A stretch of DNA of 63,183 bases, counting the filler, from Perkinsus olseni (Eukaryota): assembly GCA_013115125.1 (NCBI GenBank). It is 39 parts of 39 records of this genome, joined end to end, with 100 filler letters (N's around TTAATTAATTAA, not from the genome) between each part and the next. Parts side by side here need not be neighbours in the genome. Positions count along the whole stretch, not along the records: positions 36,019 to 37,533 come from JABANN010001857.1; positions 37,634 to 39,148 come from JABANN010001858.1; positions 39,249 to 40,760 come from JABANN010001859.1; positions 40,861 to 42,372 come from JABANN010001860.1; positions 42,473 to 43,984 come from JABANN010001861.1; positions 44,085 to 45,593 come from JABANN010001862.1; positions 45,694 to 47,201 come from JABANN010001863.1; positions 47,302 to 48,808 come from JABANN010001864.1; 31 more parts are not named here. One strand, given 5' to 3'. Shown in pieces: positions 36,058-48,546 of this stretch. A model generated the notes under the pieces. It ran no database searches. It had not been told where the DNA came from and saw only the letters and a program-made list of their open reading frames with translations. Numbering within the stretch: position 1 is the stretch's first letter; every line of letters begins with the position of its first letter. Position numbers and translations under genes: made by a program.

Positions 36058-36969
36058 GTCTATGAGTCAATTCGGAAAGGCTACGAAGCGCCACCGGGTA
36101 TCCAGGTCTACCCGCCGGTCGTCGCTGAGGAGTTGACGGAGTCCCCAACTTGGCCGACACTCTGGGGTGGAGTGTTGAGCCTCTATCGAGAACAGCCGAA
36201 GATGAGCCCTTTCCTAGCAGGGCTGAAGGCGATCGGGAAGTTCCCTGAGGCCCGTGATAAGCTCACAATTCTGTCGTCGTTGGTGTCGTCGGCCGGGAGC
36301 CTCTCGCATGCGGTATCGCGAGACGCTTCGGCGGCCCTCACCCAATCGTTGAAGAATGACGATTCACTCCGGGTCGATTTGGCAGGTCTGCTGCTCCTTC
36401 TACGTCGGAAGATCACCACCGTAGCGGTTTTCCCGACCAGAGCCGATCGAGACGGCCGCTTCGCTGTGCCTTGGTTGACGACACTTGAACTTCTGCTCGA
36501 TCGAGAGCTGCTGTCGTTGGGGAAGGACCAAGTCGCCGAATTGACCAGAGCGATTCTGGCCGAGTGCCGTGGGTCTCGAAACGTTGGAAAGCTACGCGCA
36601 TGCGCTGCTTGTCTCTCTACCCTTTATTTTGGCATGCTCTCTGTGACGGTGGAAGCGAGAAACGCCGTCAAGGAGACCCTCTTCGGTCGCCTATTGTGTC
36701 ACGGCTTTCCCAAAGTCCGTCACGCCACCGCTAAGGTGATGTATGAAAAATTTTTGCAGTGCGCACGGTTAGAGGCTGATGACGAGACGTTTGATATGGT
36801 CATAGAAACGGACTGGACCGAGGACAAGACCGCCTGGGAAGAGGTTCACTCGAAGATCTGCAGACGTGTGGGAGTCCAGCCGTCAGCGGATGAGGAGGTT
36901 ACGGTCTCGCTTAGCGCACAATCGCATGTGTTTGGTTATGCCGACTTCGTTAAGGAAGAATATCGTTGA
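36058..36969 (+). CDS. TBCD: Tubulin-specific chaperone D, terminal exon
   Basis: Acceptor TTCAG at 36057; LLCHGFPKVRHATAKVMYE...IETDW...YADFV matches the TBCD C-terminus. Confidence 0.8.
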   Translation, partial: VYESIRKGYEAPPGIQVYPPVVAEELTESPTWPTLWGGVLSLYREQPKMSPFLAGLKAIGKFPEARDKLTILSSLVSSAGSLSHAVSRDASAALTQSLKNDDSLRVDLAGLLLLLRRKITTVAVFPTRADRDGRFAVPWLTTLELLLDRELLSLGKDQVAELTRAILAECRGSRNVGKLRACAACLSTLYFGMLSVTVEARNAVKETLFGRLLCHGFPKVRHATAKVMYEKFLQCARLEADDETFDMVIETDWTEDKTAWEEVHSKICRRVGVQPSADEEVTVSLSAQSHVFGYADFVKEEYR

Positions 36970-37851
36970 ATCAAGTAGCTCGTGTTTCGAAGCTGCTGTG
37001 GTGTTGCGTCGATACCTGGCGTTGCGGTGAAAGCTAGTGTGGGAAGATAATCTCCCGGAGAATATATCCTGTTTCAAGGACTCCGATCTAGGCCAGCGGT
37101 TATGACGGGAATAAGACAATTTAACGCTTGTTACCGTCAAAGTACACGAAGGTTCTAAGTGGTGAACTTGAGGATAAAGTAGATACCGCAGTAGAACCGA
37201 AGCAACTCTAATGGGGGTCAACAACTTCCATAGTGACGGAATCTGGATCGTGCACGGTAGCAGTCAAGTTGTTCTCGACTGACGCTCGGTATTCACGTTC
37301 CGTTTCTCAACGTGCATTTTCGATCACGCGTCATCTGGCGAAGCTACATGAGCGATATCAAGTCGGATATGCTTCGAGCTTCGAAGATATCTCGGAGAAC
37401 GGCGTGCGTTAATCGGAACAGGTCGGCCGACTATGTTGCCTCAAGTTGCAAATGCACGACACAAGAAGCAAGCGGAGGAACGTGGGAGTCAGCGTTTAGT
37501 CAATTGCGATGCACTAAGTGCATTGCACTTCAGNNNNNNNNNNNNNNNNNNNNNNNNNNNNNNNNNNNNNNNNNNNNTTAATTAATTAANNNNNNNNNNN
37601 NNNNNNNNNNNNNNNNNNNNNNNNNNNNNNNNNGGTGTCCAACGTGACAGCACCGAAGGGTCTCAGCTCGCCTGACAGGGGATCACTGCTGTGGCGTAGC
37701 AAGAGACAGGGTGGATGGCGGAAGGAAAAATAGATTTTCTTTCCTTCACTTCTTTTCTTTCAGGAAAATAGGAAAGTAAGGAAACTTGCGAAGGAAAGAA
37801 TAATCCAATTTTTCTCTTTTTTCGCCTCCTTCGAAAAATGCTTTTGTAGGG

Positions 37852-38240
37852 CAGTGCTTTCTGACTCAGAAAGCACTCAGAAACTCTGAGGCCGTATGCG
37901 GATCCTGATGCTTGCAACACTAGTAGTGATTCACTACCCCTGAGTAAAATCACCCACTGATCCCGATGCGTGAGTAAAATCGGGCGGTGATGCTGAGTAC
38001 GCAAGTCGGAGTATATTACTCTGAGTAATATGCAAGATTCAAGATGCTGATTCCTGAGCTCTGAGAGTGAGTATTGATTCACGATGGTGAATCAAACCCC
38101 GTGTCATGAACGATCTTAATCCGCGAATCACAGTGTGATTATCACACCAAATTGACACGTGAAACGCCCAGATCCAGTGCCGGGGGGTTCTCGCCGCGAC
38201 CCTCATGGGGATGCTGATTCAAAACCCTGAGTAAAGTCTC
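37852..38240. repeat. Region of short sub-repeats (CTGAGTA, GATTC), possible DNA-transposon subterminal region
   Basis: Many CTGAG/CTCAG and TGATTC motifs; starts CAGTG; no TSD found. Confidence 0.35.
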
Positions 38241-38549
38241 GCAATCTTGAGCTTTCGTAATTTTCCATAGAATTTGAAAGGTTAGGTCAAGTCGTGACTC
38301 ACGTTGATGCGAGTGTGTAAGATGCTTTAAACAGGCGGTCGCCTAGGATAGAACCGGCGATCCCTCCGTGCATCGGAGTAGGTCGCTGATTGCGATGAGG
38401 CCAGAATCGCAGTTCTCGATCATCCAAATCCAGTCGTTTCCGAGAAATGGATTTTTTAGGCTGTTCCCTTCGCAGGAAAAATAGGGAGGAATGAAAGAAA
38501 GAATGGAAATTTCAGCCACCCTGGCAAGAGAATACCCGAGTCCACTCAC

Positions 38550-38679
38550 CAGCAGCTTTGTCCAGCCCCGATTGATCTCTAGCTGTCATGATGACTTTAG
38601 CGCCTCCGGCGATGAGCTTCTTCGAGATCTCATAACCGATACCTTTATTAGCACCCGTCACGACAACTACCAGCGGCAT
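38550..38679 (-). CDS. Short-chain dehydrogenase (carbonyl reductase-like), first exon; downstream exons not resolved
   Basis: MPLVVVVTGANKGIGYEISKKL...MTARD (TGxxxGIG motif); GTGAGT donor at 38549. Confidence 0.75.
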
Positions 38680-39248
38680 TGCAAGAAGGGTAACCTGTAA
38701 GAACGTTTCTCTTCGTAGTATTTTTATTTCCGAGGAGCCTCCTATTTTGTTCGAGCTCAAAATTGAGCCTGCTGACGCTACAGCCTCACCACAGCATAAC
38801 TGCGCATGCGTACAGCGATTGATTGACTGTCAGGCTGACAGTCAATCAATCGCTGTACGCAATATGATTGCGCGATTGCTCGCAATCGTGCTGACAGTGT
38901 CAGCACGTGTACACTGCCAGGCAGTGACTGCCTGCGTCACGCGGAGACCTTGCGCGCCGCCTGTTGCAAGGGTTCGGAGAAGAAAAAATACGTTGCGCAG
39001 TTCGAGCTCGAAAAAATAGGTGGGAGGCCGACGGCCAAAAGGGCGCCCAAAAGGGGGGGGCAAGGGGGGCGGACGCCCCCCTCACTCAGCTTCTGAGGGG
39101 AGCACTGCCCCCTACTGTGTGACGAACCGCTGTTCCGAGGGGGCCGCGNNNNNNNNNNNNNNNNNNNNNNNNNNNNNNNNNNNNNNNNNNNNTTAATTAA
39201 TTAANNNNNNNNNNNNNNNNNNNNNNNNNNNNNNNNNNNNNNNNNNNN

Positions 39249-40760
39249 TCATCGTTCTTGTCGATGGCCACCTTATAGATGTCCTTGATCCTTACCCCTT
39301 GAAAGGTAGAGTCATCTTGTATTAGAGCTTCTGCTACCAACTTGGCTTGCTCGTCAGTCAGCTCGAGCGCCTTATCGATCTTGATGTCGTCTTCTTCATT
39401 GGCACCGTGGGATATGGTGTTCATCATACATGGCTTCTTATAGGGCGGAGCCCCCATAGTGGACTCCTCATCATTGGCAGATGGTCTTGTCGGGGCACTT
39501 GGTCTTGACACCCATCTTGACAGTAGATCCGCAAAGTCGTTAGACATACCTTTGCAGTGCTTAATAACATAAGGAAGTGCTTGCCATGATGCCACCGTCT
39601 CACACCATCCTAGGAATCTTCGGCTCTTTACTGAGCTTAGCGGCGACTCCGGTAGCTTGAAGTCTCTCCATCGGTACATACATACCATACTATCAGTTAA
39701 TATCAGGATCTTGGGCACCGCCATAGGATCTCCCTTTGTAGTAGGCTTGGTTGTCGCTACCAATAGCCGATACCACTTGCGCATACCCGTGAGGACGCTG
39801 TATATTTCCTTTTCGTATACAGCCCAACCTCTCTGATGAACATCGAGAGCCTTACTGAACACCCCAACCAAGGAACTCTTAGCCGGGTCCTTCAGGTCCT
39901 CAGTGTCAATGTCAGAAGTAGAGCCTTTACACCTGTAGAGGGCACCTCCGACGGCATCTTCACTAGCGTCGAAGATTAAAGTCCAACATGTGTTGACGCC
40001 ACTGATCAGATTACCATAGGAGTGCAACGCTAGAGGAGCGTTGCCATAGGCGTTAGCCAGTACCGCCAGGGCTTTTCGACCTTCTTGTGTAAGTCGAAAC
40101 GGTTTCACATCCACCAACGCAAATAAGGTCTTCTTGGCGGAGCTTAGGTCAGACCTCTTCTCTAGGTAGGGGAACGCACCTTGTGCAAAATTGACCGAAC
40201 CTAGTAGTCGCCGTAATTGTGCTCCAGACTTAGGCGTTGTGGTTAATGCAGTTCGTAGGGTAGCCTCGTTCTCCTTGTTGAGCTTCACCCCATCAGAACT
40301 CCATTCAAGTCCTACACAATCAATGTGTGTAGTCACCGTAGCGGGAGTCTTCGTAGAGATCTTCTTCTTCAATGCTCGTAGAACAGCACAGATGACTCTT
40401 CTCCTAGCCATACACTGGTCGTAGGTTTTGCCGAATACCAATATATCATCCACGAAGATAGCGCACATGTCAGTGAAGTTGGCACCAAGTGCTGCTTGTA
40501 GACCATGTCTAAGGTGATAGGTCCAGCACATTGCCGAATAACTGAACCCTTGTAGGGCCACCGTACTCTTGTAGACCTTGCCCATGATATTGAAGCATAG
40601 TAGGTTAGAGCCTTCTTCGGTCACCTCTAGGCTTTCAAATGCGGAGTCGATGTCGATGCATGAGAACCAGCACGAGTCGTTATTAACCGTGCGCATAAAG
40701 GTCTCCACATTAGCATTTCCAAGATGATAATGTTCAGGTACTTCCACGAGACTGTTGAGC
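39249..40760 (-). mobile_element. Gypsy-like pol fragment: RT and RNase H
   Basis: IDIDSAF, ALQGFSYSA, FVDDILVFG, LRRLLGSVNF, DASEDAVGG, EKEIYSV, TDS, NDFADLLSR. Confidence 0.92.
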
Positions 40761-41645
40761 NNNNNNNNNNNNNNNNNNNNNNNNNNNNNNNNNNNNNNNN
40801 NNNNTTAATTAATTAANNNNNNNNNNNNNNNNNNNNNNNNNNNNNNNNNNNNNNNNNNNNTCGATGAAGCAGATATACAGCAATATCCATATACAGCCGC
40901 CGACCAAGCACGACAGGGCACTATGCCGATATATTAATCGGACGCTGAACCTGCCCCGTCCAAAGAACGAGAAAGAAAAGAAAAAAAATCGGTGTGTTGG
41001 GCACACTCGCCACAGTAACTGTTCTGAACGTCATAGTATGCGTGGAACTAATGGTCAGAGCGCGCACAAGCGTCCTGCAATGCGCTGACACCTGCCGCTA
41101 GCTGAGACCGACCGAGTTGTGTGCCAAACACAAAATAGGAGACGAGCAAGGAGAGGTAACGACTCCGGGTCGAACTGCACTTCCAAGCACATGTGCATTC
41201 CAATTTTATCTTTCGGTGCCCACCTCTTCACGATGAGGCACGGTGCGTGTTGAGGGAGCAGGTTGCACGACAAATAATCTGACATTAGATGTGTACGCGG
41301 GTTCACCGACTTCTAGTGAGAGGAACGCGTTTTGCTCCGTTCAGGTGGCGTGAACATATACGTTCTGCATACCTCATGGCAGGGCGACGTAGAGATAACA
41401 TTGGGCTGGCTCTTGCCGCAAGTCTTGTGGCTATTGAAATCACTCTCCAATCGTGTTGATTAATGACCATTCATACGGCATGCGAACGTGGTGTCGTGGT
41501 GCCGCAGTTCACATCTCCAAAGCAAGCTCGTAACTTCCAATACACTGAAGGTGATTACGGGAGCAATAAGTGCACGAATAAACGTCAAGGGACTGACCGA
41601 AGATTTTCAAATATCGGAAGGCATGGGCTGACAAGATACGATACG

Positions 41646-41717
41646 TGGACGTGCCGAGAATTGAACCCGGGGCCTTCTGCATGCGAAGCAGACGTGATAC
41701 CCCTACACCACACGCCC
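41646..41717 (-). tRNA. tRNA-Ala(CGC)
   Basis: 72 nt; acceptor GGGCGTG/CACGTCC with G3:U70; anticodon arm TCTGC-TTCGCAT-GCAGA; T arm CCGGG-TTCAATT-CTCGG. Confidence 0.96.
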
Positions 41718-42130
41718 GTTGACTAAGGTTTGCTCCACTTGGCTGGCCTGTAGTCCTCAGCTGCCGAGCACGATCTATCCGCAAATGACATTTATTCGTA
41801 AATGTCAATTAACTGACACGATATCTTCAGACTCCTGAATCTACGGGCTATAAACAACAATAGACCATTCGTGCTTTCCAACTCAACAGAGATGGATGTT
41901 GGGGTGCGAGGTAGCCGAGCCCAGTAAGAGACCATCCCGACCCATCCCGGATCCAACAACCACGTGGTAGCAATCCTACGTTGGAAGGATCGGCGTGAGC
42001 CAATTTACCACGCAGAGACCATGCGCGCACGAAGGAAAGTGTGTGCAACGGGATAGAATCGACAGTGCCTCGAAGTAGTTGCATGCACTGAAAACGTATA
42101 GATGTGGGTACACCAAAATCGAACTAAATA

Positions 42131-42202
42131 TGGACATGCCGAGAATTGAACCCGGGGCCTTCTGCATGCGAAGCAGACGTGATACCCCTACACCACCCGC
42201 CC
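42131..42202 (-). tRNA. tRNA-Ala(CGC), variant copy
   Basis: 70/72 identical to 41646-41717; acceptor GGGCGGG/CATGTCC has a G.A mismatch and an extra G:U. Confidence 0.85.
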
Positions 42203-43852
42203 TTTAGTACCACCCCTTCGTACGTGGCTTGCCCGTGGTCCTCAGACCCCAAATGCGACTAATCCTACCCGCTCGTTGTGGGTAAGCGAATACTCAGTAA
42301 CGCAAAACCCGCAACGAAATCACGAACTGTCCAAACAATGGGTGAGAGAGAGGCGGACAGACCGCGACCCGANNNNNNNNNNNNNNNNNNNNNNNNNNNN
42401 NNNNNNNNNNNNNNNNTTAATTAATTAANNNNNNNNNNNNNNNNNNNNNNNNNNNNNNNNNNNNNNNNNNNNCTCGTGTCCCGTCATAGCGTCGCTGTCC
42501 CCGACGGTGTAAGTGTGAATTACTATTCCCGCTGTTGGTGGAAGCTGTCGTTATTGTTGTGCAGTCAGGAGGACGTGGTTTAATTCCGCGTATACTTGGC
42601 CAAGCGAAAGGTTGCAGACACCCCAAGCCCGGCGGCGGCTCTTGCTCATTAGGCACCTTTAGCACTATCACACAGGGCGCTGAGCGCACACGTCCAGCCT
42701 GATGAGCTGTCTCAGACGGCCCGTCTGCAATATAGTGCTAACCTGGTGACGAATATAGTGTCCGTGCGACCCACGTGTCACCGCAGGGAAGCGGCACGGT
42801 AACCAGATGCAGATTGACGACTAAACAGCAGAACACTAGAAACTTCAAACTGCTTAACAAATTCTGAGCAAAAATGGTTTTTGGGATGTTCTCTTTATCT
42901 GCGTGACGTGAGCCACGCCACGTCACCTTTGGAGACCAGTCAATCAATCTTGTTCATTGCTTGCAGCAGCTCTCTGACTCACGTTCGTCGATCGGGGACT
43001 TCGGGAGGTGCCGACGACATGATGCCCTTGCTTCTTCGTCGTTACTCGTAGTCAAGGCGAAGCGAGAATGAGTGTAAAGCTCATCTACCTCCCCTTCTTA
43101 GCTTACTCTCTCGTGGGGAATCAGCTATGCACGCATGCACAAGACGACGGTCTGGGCGGCCAGACCCCGGGTTGACTGTGCCTTTATGGCTTGGGATTAT
43201 GGCGAGATCGTGGACGATGCTCCACCTTCTGGGGAGGCTGCTGAAGGAGCTGCGGCTGACCAGGCTGGTGGTGGTGTCGTTGTCGAGACGCAGGCTCCTA
43301 GGGCCGCGCTGCTAGCTGTTGTGTCCCTCCGGCTGCTGACGCTGTCACTGTTGTGGCCGAACGAGACAACTCCGGGTCATTGGATTCAACCATCTCCTCG
43401 ACAATCCGCCGACCTCGGCTTCAATAATCAGCTCGTCCGATTCCGCCTTGCAGGTGACGCCTTTACACTCATTGAGGTTCGCTTGACAAGCGGACCATTA
43501 GCCTGCTGCGAGTCCCGAAACAGGTAGCCCGTGCGAGCCCTGGTTGAGGGGCCTCAAACAGAGCACACGAGCCCTGTTCTCTATTCAAGCCAGGGACTAG
43601 GACAAGCCTGCTGACTTGCTCATAAAGCGCTCGCCCAGTGTCGCACGTCGATTGACAACAAAAGCTTGACTCAGAACGATACGAACACTCAAGCAGTGGC
43701 GAGGTGAGCGAGTCCGTAGGTTTCTGAGCCGAGCATGGCCGGCAAACAGGAACCATTCCCCCTATTGTCGTAGTCGACTTACACGAAGTAACTTGCACTT
43801 CATGGTCGATCCATGCATAGCAATTCCATGCCGATGCTTATTCATAAGTGAT

Positions 43853-43984
43853 TGAGCTACTGAGTATCGCTGCCTTGATGCTCCCTTACGCGTGATGATG
43901 ATGCTAGGGGCTGAGCTACTGAGTATCGCTGCCTTGATGCTCCCTTACGCGTGATGATGATGCTAGGGGCTGAGCTACTGAGTA
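43853..43984. repeat. Tandem repeat, 59-bp unit, 2.2 copies, cut by contig end
   Basis: TGAGCTACTGAGTA at 43853, 43912 and 43971; units identical. Confidence 0.95.
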
Positions 43985-44084
43985 NNNNNNNNNNNNNNNN
44001 NNNNNNNNNNNNNNNNNNNNNNNNNNNNTTAATTAATTAANNNNNNNNNNNNNNNNNNNNNNNNNNNNNNNNNNNNNNNNNNNN

Positions 44085-45291
44085 TCTGCTTCACTCGGTT
44101 CGAGAAGCTCGTTAGTAGGGGAGGGACTGCGCCACCCCTCTCCTTAGCTTCCACGGTTGTCTTAGTCCTCCGAAGGAAGACCACATCATGAAAACTAGTG
44201 AGACTAGTGTCTTTTTTATCCATTCCCAGGCCAACCATGAGACCTTCAGTTGTTCGACAAAAGCCAATATTGGACACTGGCTGCTTTAGTTTGGGCTTCC
44301 CCAATCTTCCGTAGAGATCCTTTACGAACCTCCCAGCTTCACTCATCCCGTGCTGAGTTTGGGCTACGAAGCGGAAGCACTTCTTCACGTTAAGGCCGTG
44401 AGGTTTGAGGTCAATTTTGTACGCTCTGGACTTGCTATACCAAGCCAAACGATTTGGCGCGGTCATCAAGACCGGTTTTTTACCGACGTTGGCTTCTGCA
44501 AGAGCCACCAACTCTCCATCACTCTCCCAGACTTTCACTTTGAAATCAGTAAGTTGCGGTATAGTGCGGCAAACTTCAGCCGGTTTGACTGGCGTGTAAA
44601 CTCCGGTGAGGAGATCATCTTTGACAGCTGGTTGGTACGGCAACTCAGGCAACTTCTTTTTATCAGAAGCACTTGGCGGCGTTGGCCAGGGGTCCACAAC
44701 GTCCGCCTCACTCGGAACTTCGGGAGTCTCGGGCCCCTCAAGCTCTACTATATTTTTAAAATCTTTGAACCTGTGGTCATCCTTTCTCACAATACCAAGA
44801 CCAACCATCAGGCCCGAGAATGTTTTGCAAAATGCCAAATCTGAATGGGGCTGCGTCGGCACGAACTGACCAGATCGGTGGTACAAATCCTGTATAAACT
44901 CGCCAGCCGCGCTCATCGCAGCATCGCCAGAATTCCCGACAAACCGGAAGCATTTCTTTTCATCATCGACAACGTCAAAAGCCTCGAGGTCGAAATTAGA
45001 CTTGATATCTTGCGTCATACTCCTGCCGTACCACACCAAACGATTAGCCGCTTTCATCGGCACGAGCGTTCCATTAACGGCCGCTTTCACAGTGGCTACC
45101 TGCCACCCAGCACGCTCCCACACTCTTACCTCGAAATTGGTGAGCTGCGATATAGTAGGGCACACGTTACCCGGACTCTTGGCCTTGTAGATTCCAGATG
45201 GCACCTCCTCCTTCAAAACCGGCCTTAAGTTCTTCTCGGCAGTGCCACTACGGAGGGCTCCGAGCAGTAGGAGTATCACAGGGATGGGCAT
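44085..45291 (-). CDS. Secreted hypothetical protein with a duplicated domain (about 165 aa each), 3' truncated
   Basis: Signal peptide MPIPVILLLLGALRSGTA; two copies of VC-x-TI-x-QLT-x-F, NRL-x-WY, KKCFRFV, FC-x-T-x-x-GLMVGLG. Confidence 0.85.
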
Positions 45292-47301
45292 TAGCTTGTC
45301 GAAGCCAGTAAGAGTCGACGGAAGCACGATAATGGTGGGTGATTGATGTCTCGCTCGCCCCAGCTCTAGCCATCTTCAGTCCTCTTGCCAACTCTCCACG
45401 ATGGTCTTGGGGGGTTTCAGGGTTAAGGATTAACCCCTGTTCTGAGGTTCAGAATCGATTCTTACTCGTGAAATGCGGTTCCACGGTCAAAATCTGAGTT
45501 TGGAGACCTTTGTAGTGTCTCGAGGCTTTATTTCGGCCAGTTCGAAATGAATGTCGGTCAAATTTTTCCCGAGAAGCCTCTCTCCTCTCTTAANNNNNNN
45601 NNNNNNNNNNNNNNNNNNNNNNNNNNNNNNNNNNNNNTTAATTAATTAANNNNNNNNNNNNNNNNNNNNNNNNNNNNNNNNNNNNNNNNNNNNGCTTTGT
45701 ACCGTATACTGCTGATAAGGTGTGCGTTGGTTTTGGCCACGTGTACGGGAAGGGCTTCTGTTGGCGCGCCTTCGATCTCGAGAATGACAGACTTCTGGCG
45801 GAGCCATTTCCTATCAGCCGCTGCGGATTCTGTGGGAGTGTCTGCTTCGCTGTTTCCTCTCAGTGGGAGTGCCTCGCGGGAATCAGGGATGACGACGGAG
45901 AGGAGGAAATAAGAAAGTCATTGCTTGTGTCTATGGTGAAAATGCTCAGGAATCTTCGGCTACACTCTGCACTTCGATGCAACCCCTCCAAGACCATTCT
46001 GCTACTACTGCCAACTCAACAACATTTACCAGAGAAACCAGAATGGAATAGAAAATCAGTTACATTCCTGTTGATGATTATATTCTCAACTGCCATGCCA
46101 ACGTGAAGGGACGCCACAGTTTCCTTCACACATCGGGAAATAACCCTCTGAACTCGCAGGGTACTCGCGACTGTGACAAGGCAAAACGAGTCGTTTTAAA
46201 CGACCCGGTGACATAACTTAGCGGTGCCAGGCTGTTCAGCAAGAGTGGCTGATCATGAGTCAACACTTCATCAACAGCATACCTCTCCTTAGCAGTTCTT
46301 AAGACAGTCAAGAATACGACAAATCTCGTGGCCGGTAGATGGCAGACACAGCCGACAGAAAACTAGGAAGAAGGTGAGGCATTTTAGATCACAATCATCA
46401 AAGGTCTGTGGTGTCGAACATCTCCAAAATCTTTGCCATCATCTCAGCATGGCTCGAATTCTTAGAAGCCTGTGGCTGCAGGTACTCTCCTGCAGAATCA
46501 TCATGCTCCTGTTCAACAGCACGATTTGGCTGAATAAGTATAGACACCAGACGTAAAGACACATGCCAACTGAGTTGCGACGTTTCCTGATTTGATTTTG
46601 AAGCGGTCCGGCGTTTATCCGGGAATGGGCCATGCCGAGGCGACTGGTAGATCACTGTCGGCCAGCGAAACGCCACCACGGGTTGCGTTGAAGTGGCGAC
46701 CGATTAAAGTTGCTAACAGGCTGTACGAATGTGAGACGGCGGAGAGCGATCAAAGACTGCCGATCATGTCGGGCGGTTTGCCGATCGATGAGGGGGTTGT
46801 TAGGAGTGGGCTGCTGGTATATTGATGAGGATTGTGTGCGCTGTCCCCTTGAAGAAAGGCACAGCAGCAGCGGTGCAACCAACCTTCTCACAGGCCCTCA
46901 CGTCTGACACGTCACCATCGTAGACAGCAGCATCACATTTCGGGGCGTTACGTTCCCTCCAAAGCCCGATACCTGTGGCCACCGACACCCGCCTTGTCAG
47001 GAAGCGTCACGTCATCGTCACTAAGCGAGCTAAGCAGCAGCCGACGCTTAAGCTACTCGGACAGTTGTGCTCGTCGGCATCGTCGTTCCTCAACCGTTCA
47101 TGTCTATTAACTCCCGGTATCATAATCATTCTATTGTAGTTTCAGTTTGATACTTCCCCTCCTACTTACAGTACTAACAATGGCTTCTACTATCATCTCC
47201 ANNNNNNNNNNNNNNNNNNNNNNNNNNNNNNNNNNNNNNNNNNNNTTAATTAATTAANNNNNNNNNNNNNNNNNNNNNNNNNNNNNNNNNNNNNNNNNNN
47301 N

Positions 47302-47528
47302 CTGCCATTGAGAAGGCTGTTGATGACGCCTTGTCATGGTTGGATAGGAACCAACTCGGTGAGAAGGAAGAGTTCGAGGCGAAGCAGAAGGAGGTTGAGG
47401 CTGTTGTTAACCCCATCATGATGAAGGTGTACCAGGGTGCTGCTGGTCAGGGTGGTGCGGCTCCTGGTTCTGGTGCCGCTCCTACTGGTGGTAACGGCTC
47501 CGGTCCCACTGTTGAGGAGGTAGATTAA
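47302..47528 (+). CDS. HSP70: Cytosolic HSP70, 3' end
   Basis: [24 protein letters not shown]...GPTVEEVD stop. Confidence 0.97.
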
Positions 47529-47638
47529 GACTTTATCAGTGTCAAGTGTTAGATACATACCCTATATTGATTGTTCAATCTTAGCAGCCACTGAAGGCAA
47601 TGTCTTCTAGTGGCAACAGACAATATACACAGTAGACA

Positions 47639-47900
47639 CCCATTTTAAAGATACTGCGTAATTGGAGCTTCTTGAGTTGTTACGAGTTAGGGTGAAAGAG
47701 GCTTTGTCTTTGCAGGCTCTTGGATCTCGTGACGATTTTGGGATCGTGTGATGATGCGCTGCACGACGAGATTCTCGTCGTGCAGCGCATCAACCCATTT
47801 TAATGATACTGGGTAACTGGACCCTCTTGAGTTGTTGCAAGTTACGGGTGAAAGAGGCTTTGTCTTGTGGACTCTTGAATTTCGTCGCGCAGCGCATCAG
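47639..47900. repeat. Diverged direct duplication (period about 155 bp) with a central palindrome
   Basis: CCCATTTTAA...GGTGAAAGAGGCTTTGTCTT occurs near 47639 and 47794; 20-bp-arm palindrome at 47752-47792. Confidence 0.85.
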
Positions 47901-48546
47901 CTCGGTTGTTCACTCAACCAACGATCGTGAACCTTAGGGTGGGTGCTGGGGTTGATTCGTACATGATAAGAATAGTGCCATAATCGACCTAGAGCTTCAC
48001 GATCGGTTTACTGAACACCTTCCAATACAACCGCTGCGCATAAACAGTCCAGTAGAAGACATCGCGTTTTGGTTCGAATATAGCGACGGCGTGTAGCCTC
48101 CTCGGTCGTCTCCCATAGAATGGTTTCTGGTGGGAGGAGTACCCCAATGGCTCTGAAAAATGATAGGGAAACGAACCTTGAAGTCAGCACTACTCGTGGG
48201 ACTGTTGGGAGCACCCTGGACGAGGCAACTTCATCTATTCCGACGCACGCGATTAAACCTTCTGGCGATTCGTGGCCGAAACCTACCTCCTTCGACCGAC
48301 CACTCACAGCACCGAAAGTCCTCCGAGATCATTAGGCCTCGAGCGTCGACTCGAACTACTGTATTTCGTAGCCCGCCTGCCGGAGCCCACGGCTTCGCCG
48401 CCAGCGAATCGCCGGTGATCTCACAAACGGGGACGCCAACACACAGAGACAGTTAAGCGTTGTTGTACGCTAAAACGATGATACTACTCCATCAATAAGT
48501 TTCCAGCCAAGTTACTTAATATACTCAATTCATATTTTAAAACACT

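Noticed and set aside
42700-42730. Hammerhead ribozyme core CTGATGAG plus stem
   Set aside because: No GAAA after stem II and no stems I and III.
43187-43527. Possible gag N-terminal relic
   Set aside because: Only vague resemblance, with no diagnostic motif.
45368-45377. Partial SL match TAGCCATCTT
   Set aside because: Only 10 nt and antisense to the neighbouring gene; compatible with chance.
45694-47201. Short ORFs in this contig and in 3336-4890, 18131-19665 and 48909-50415
   Set aside because: No recognisable motifs or consistent exon structure; left unannotated.
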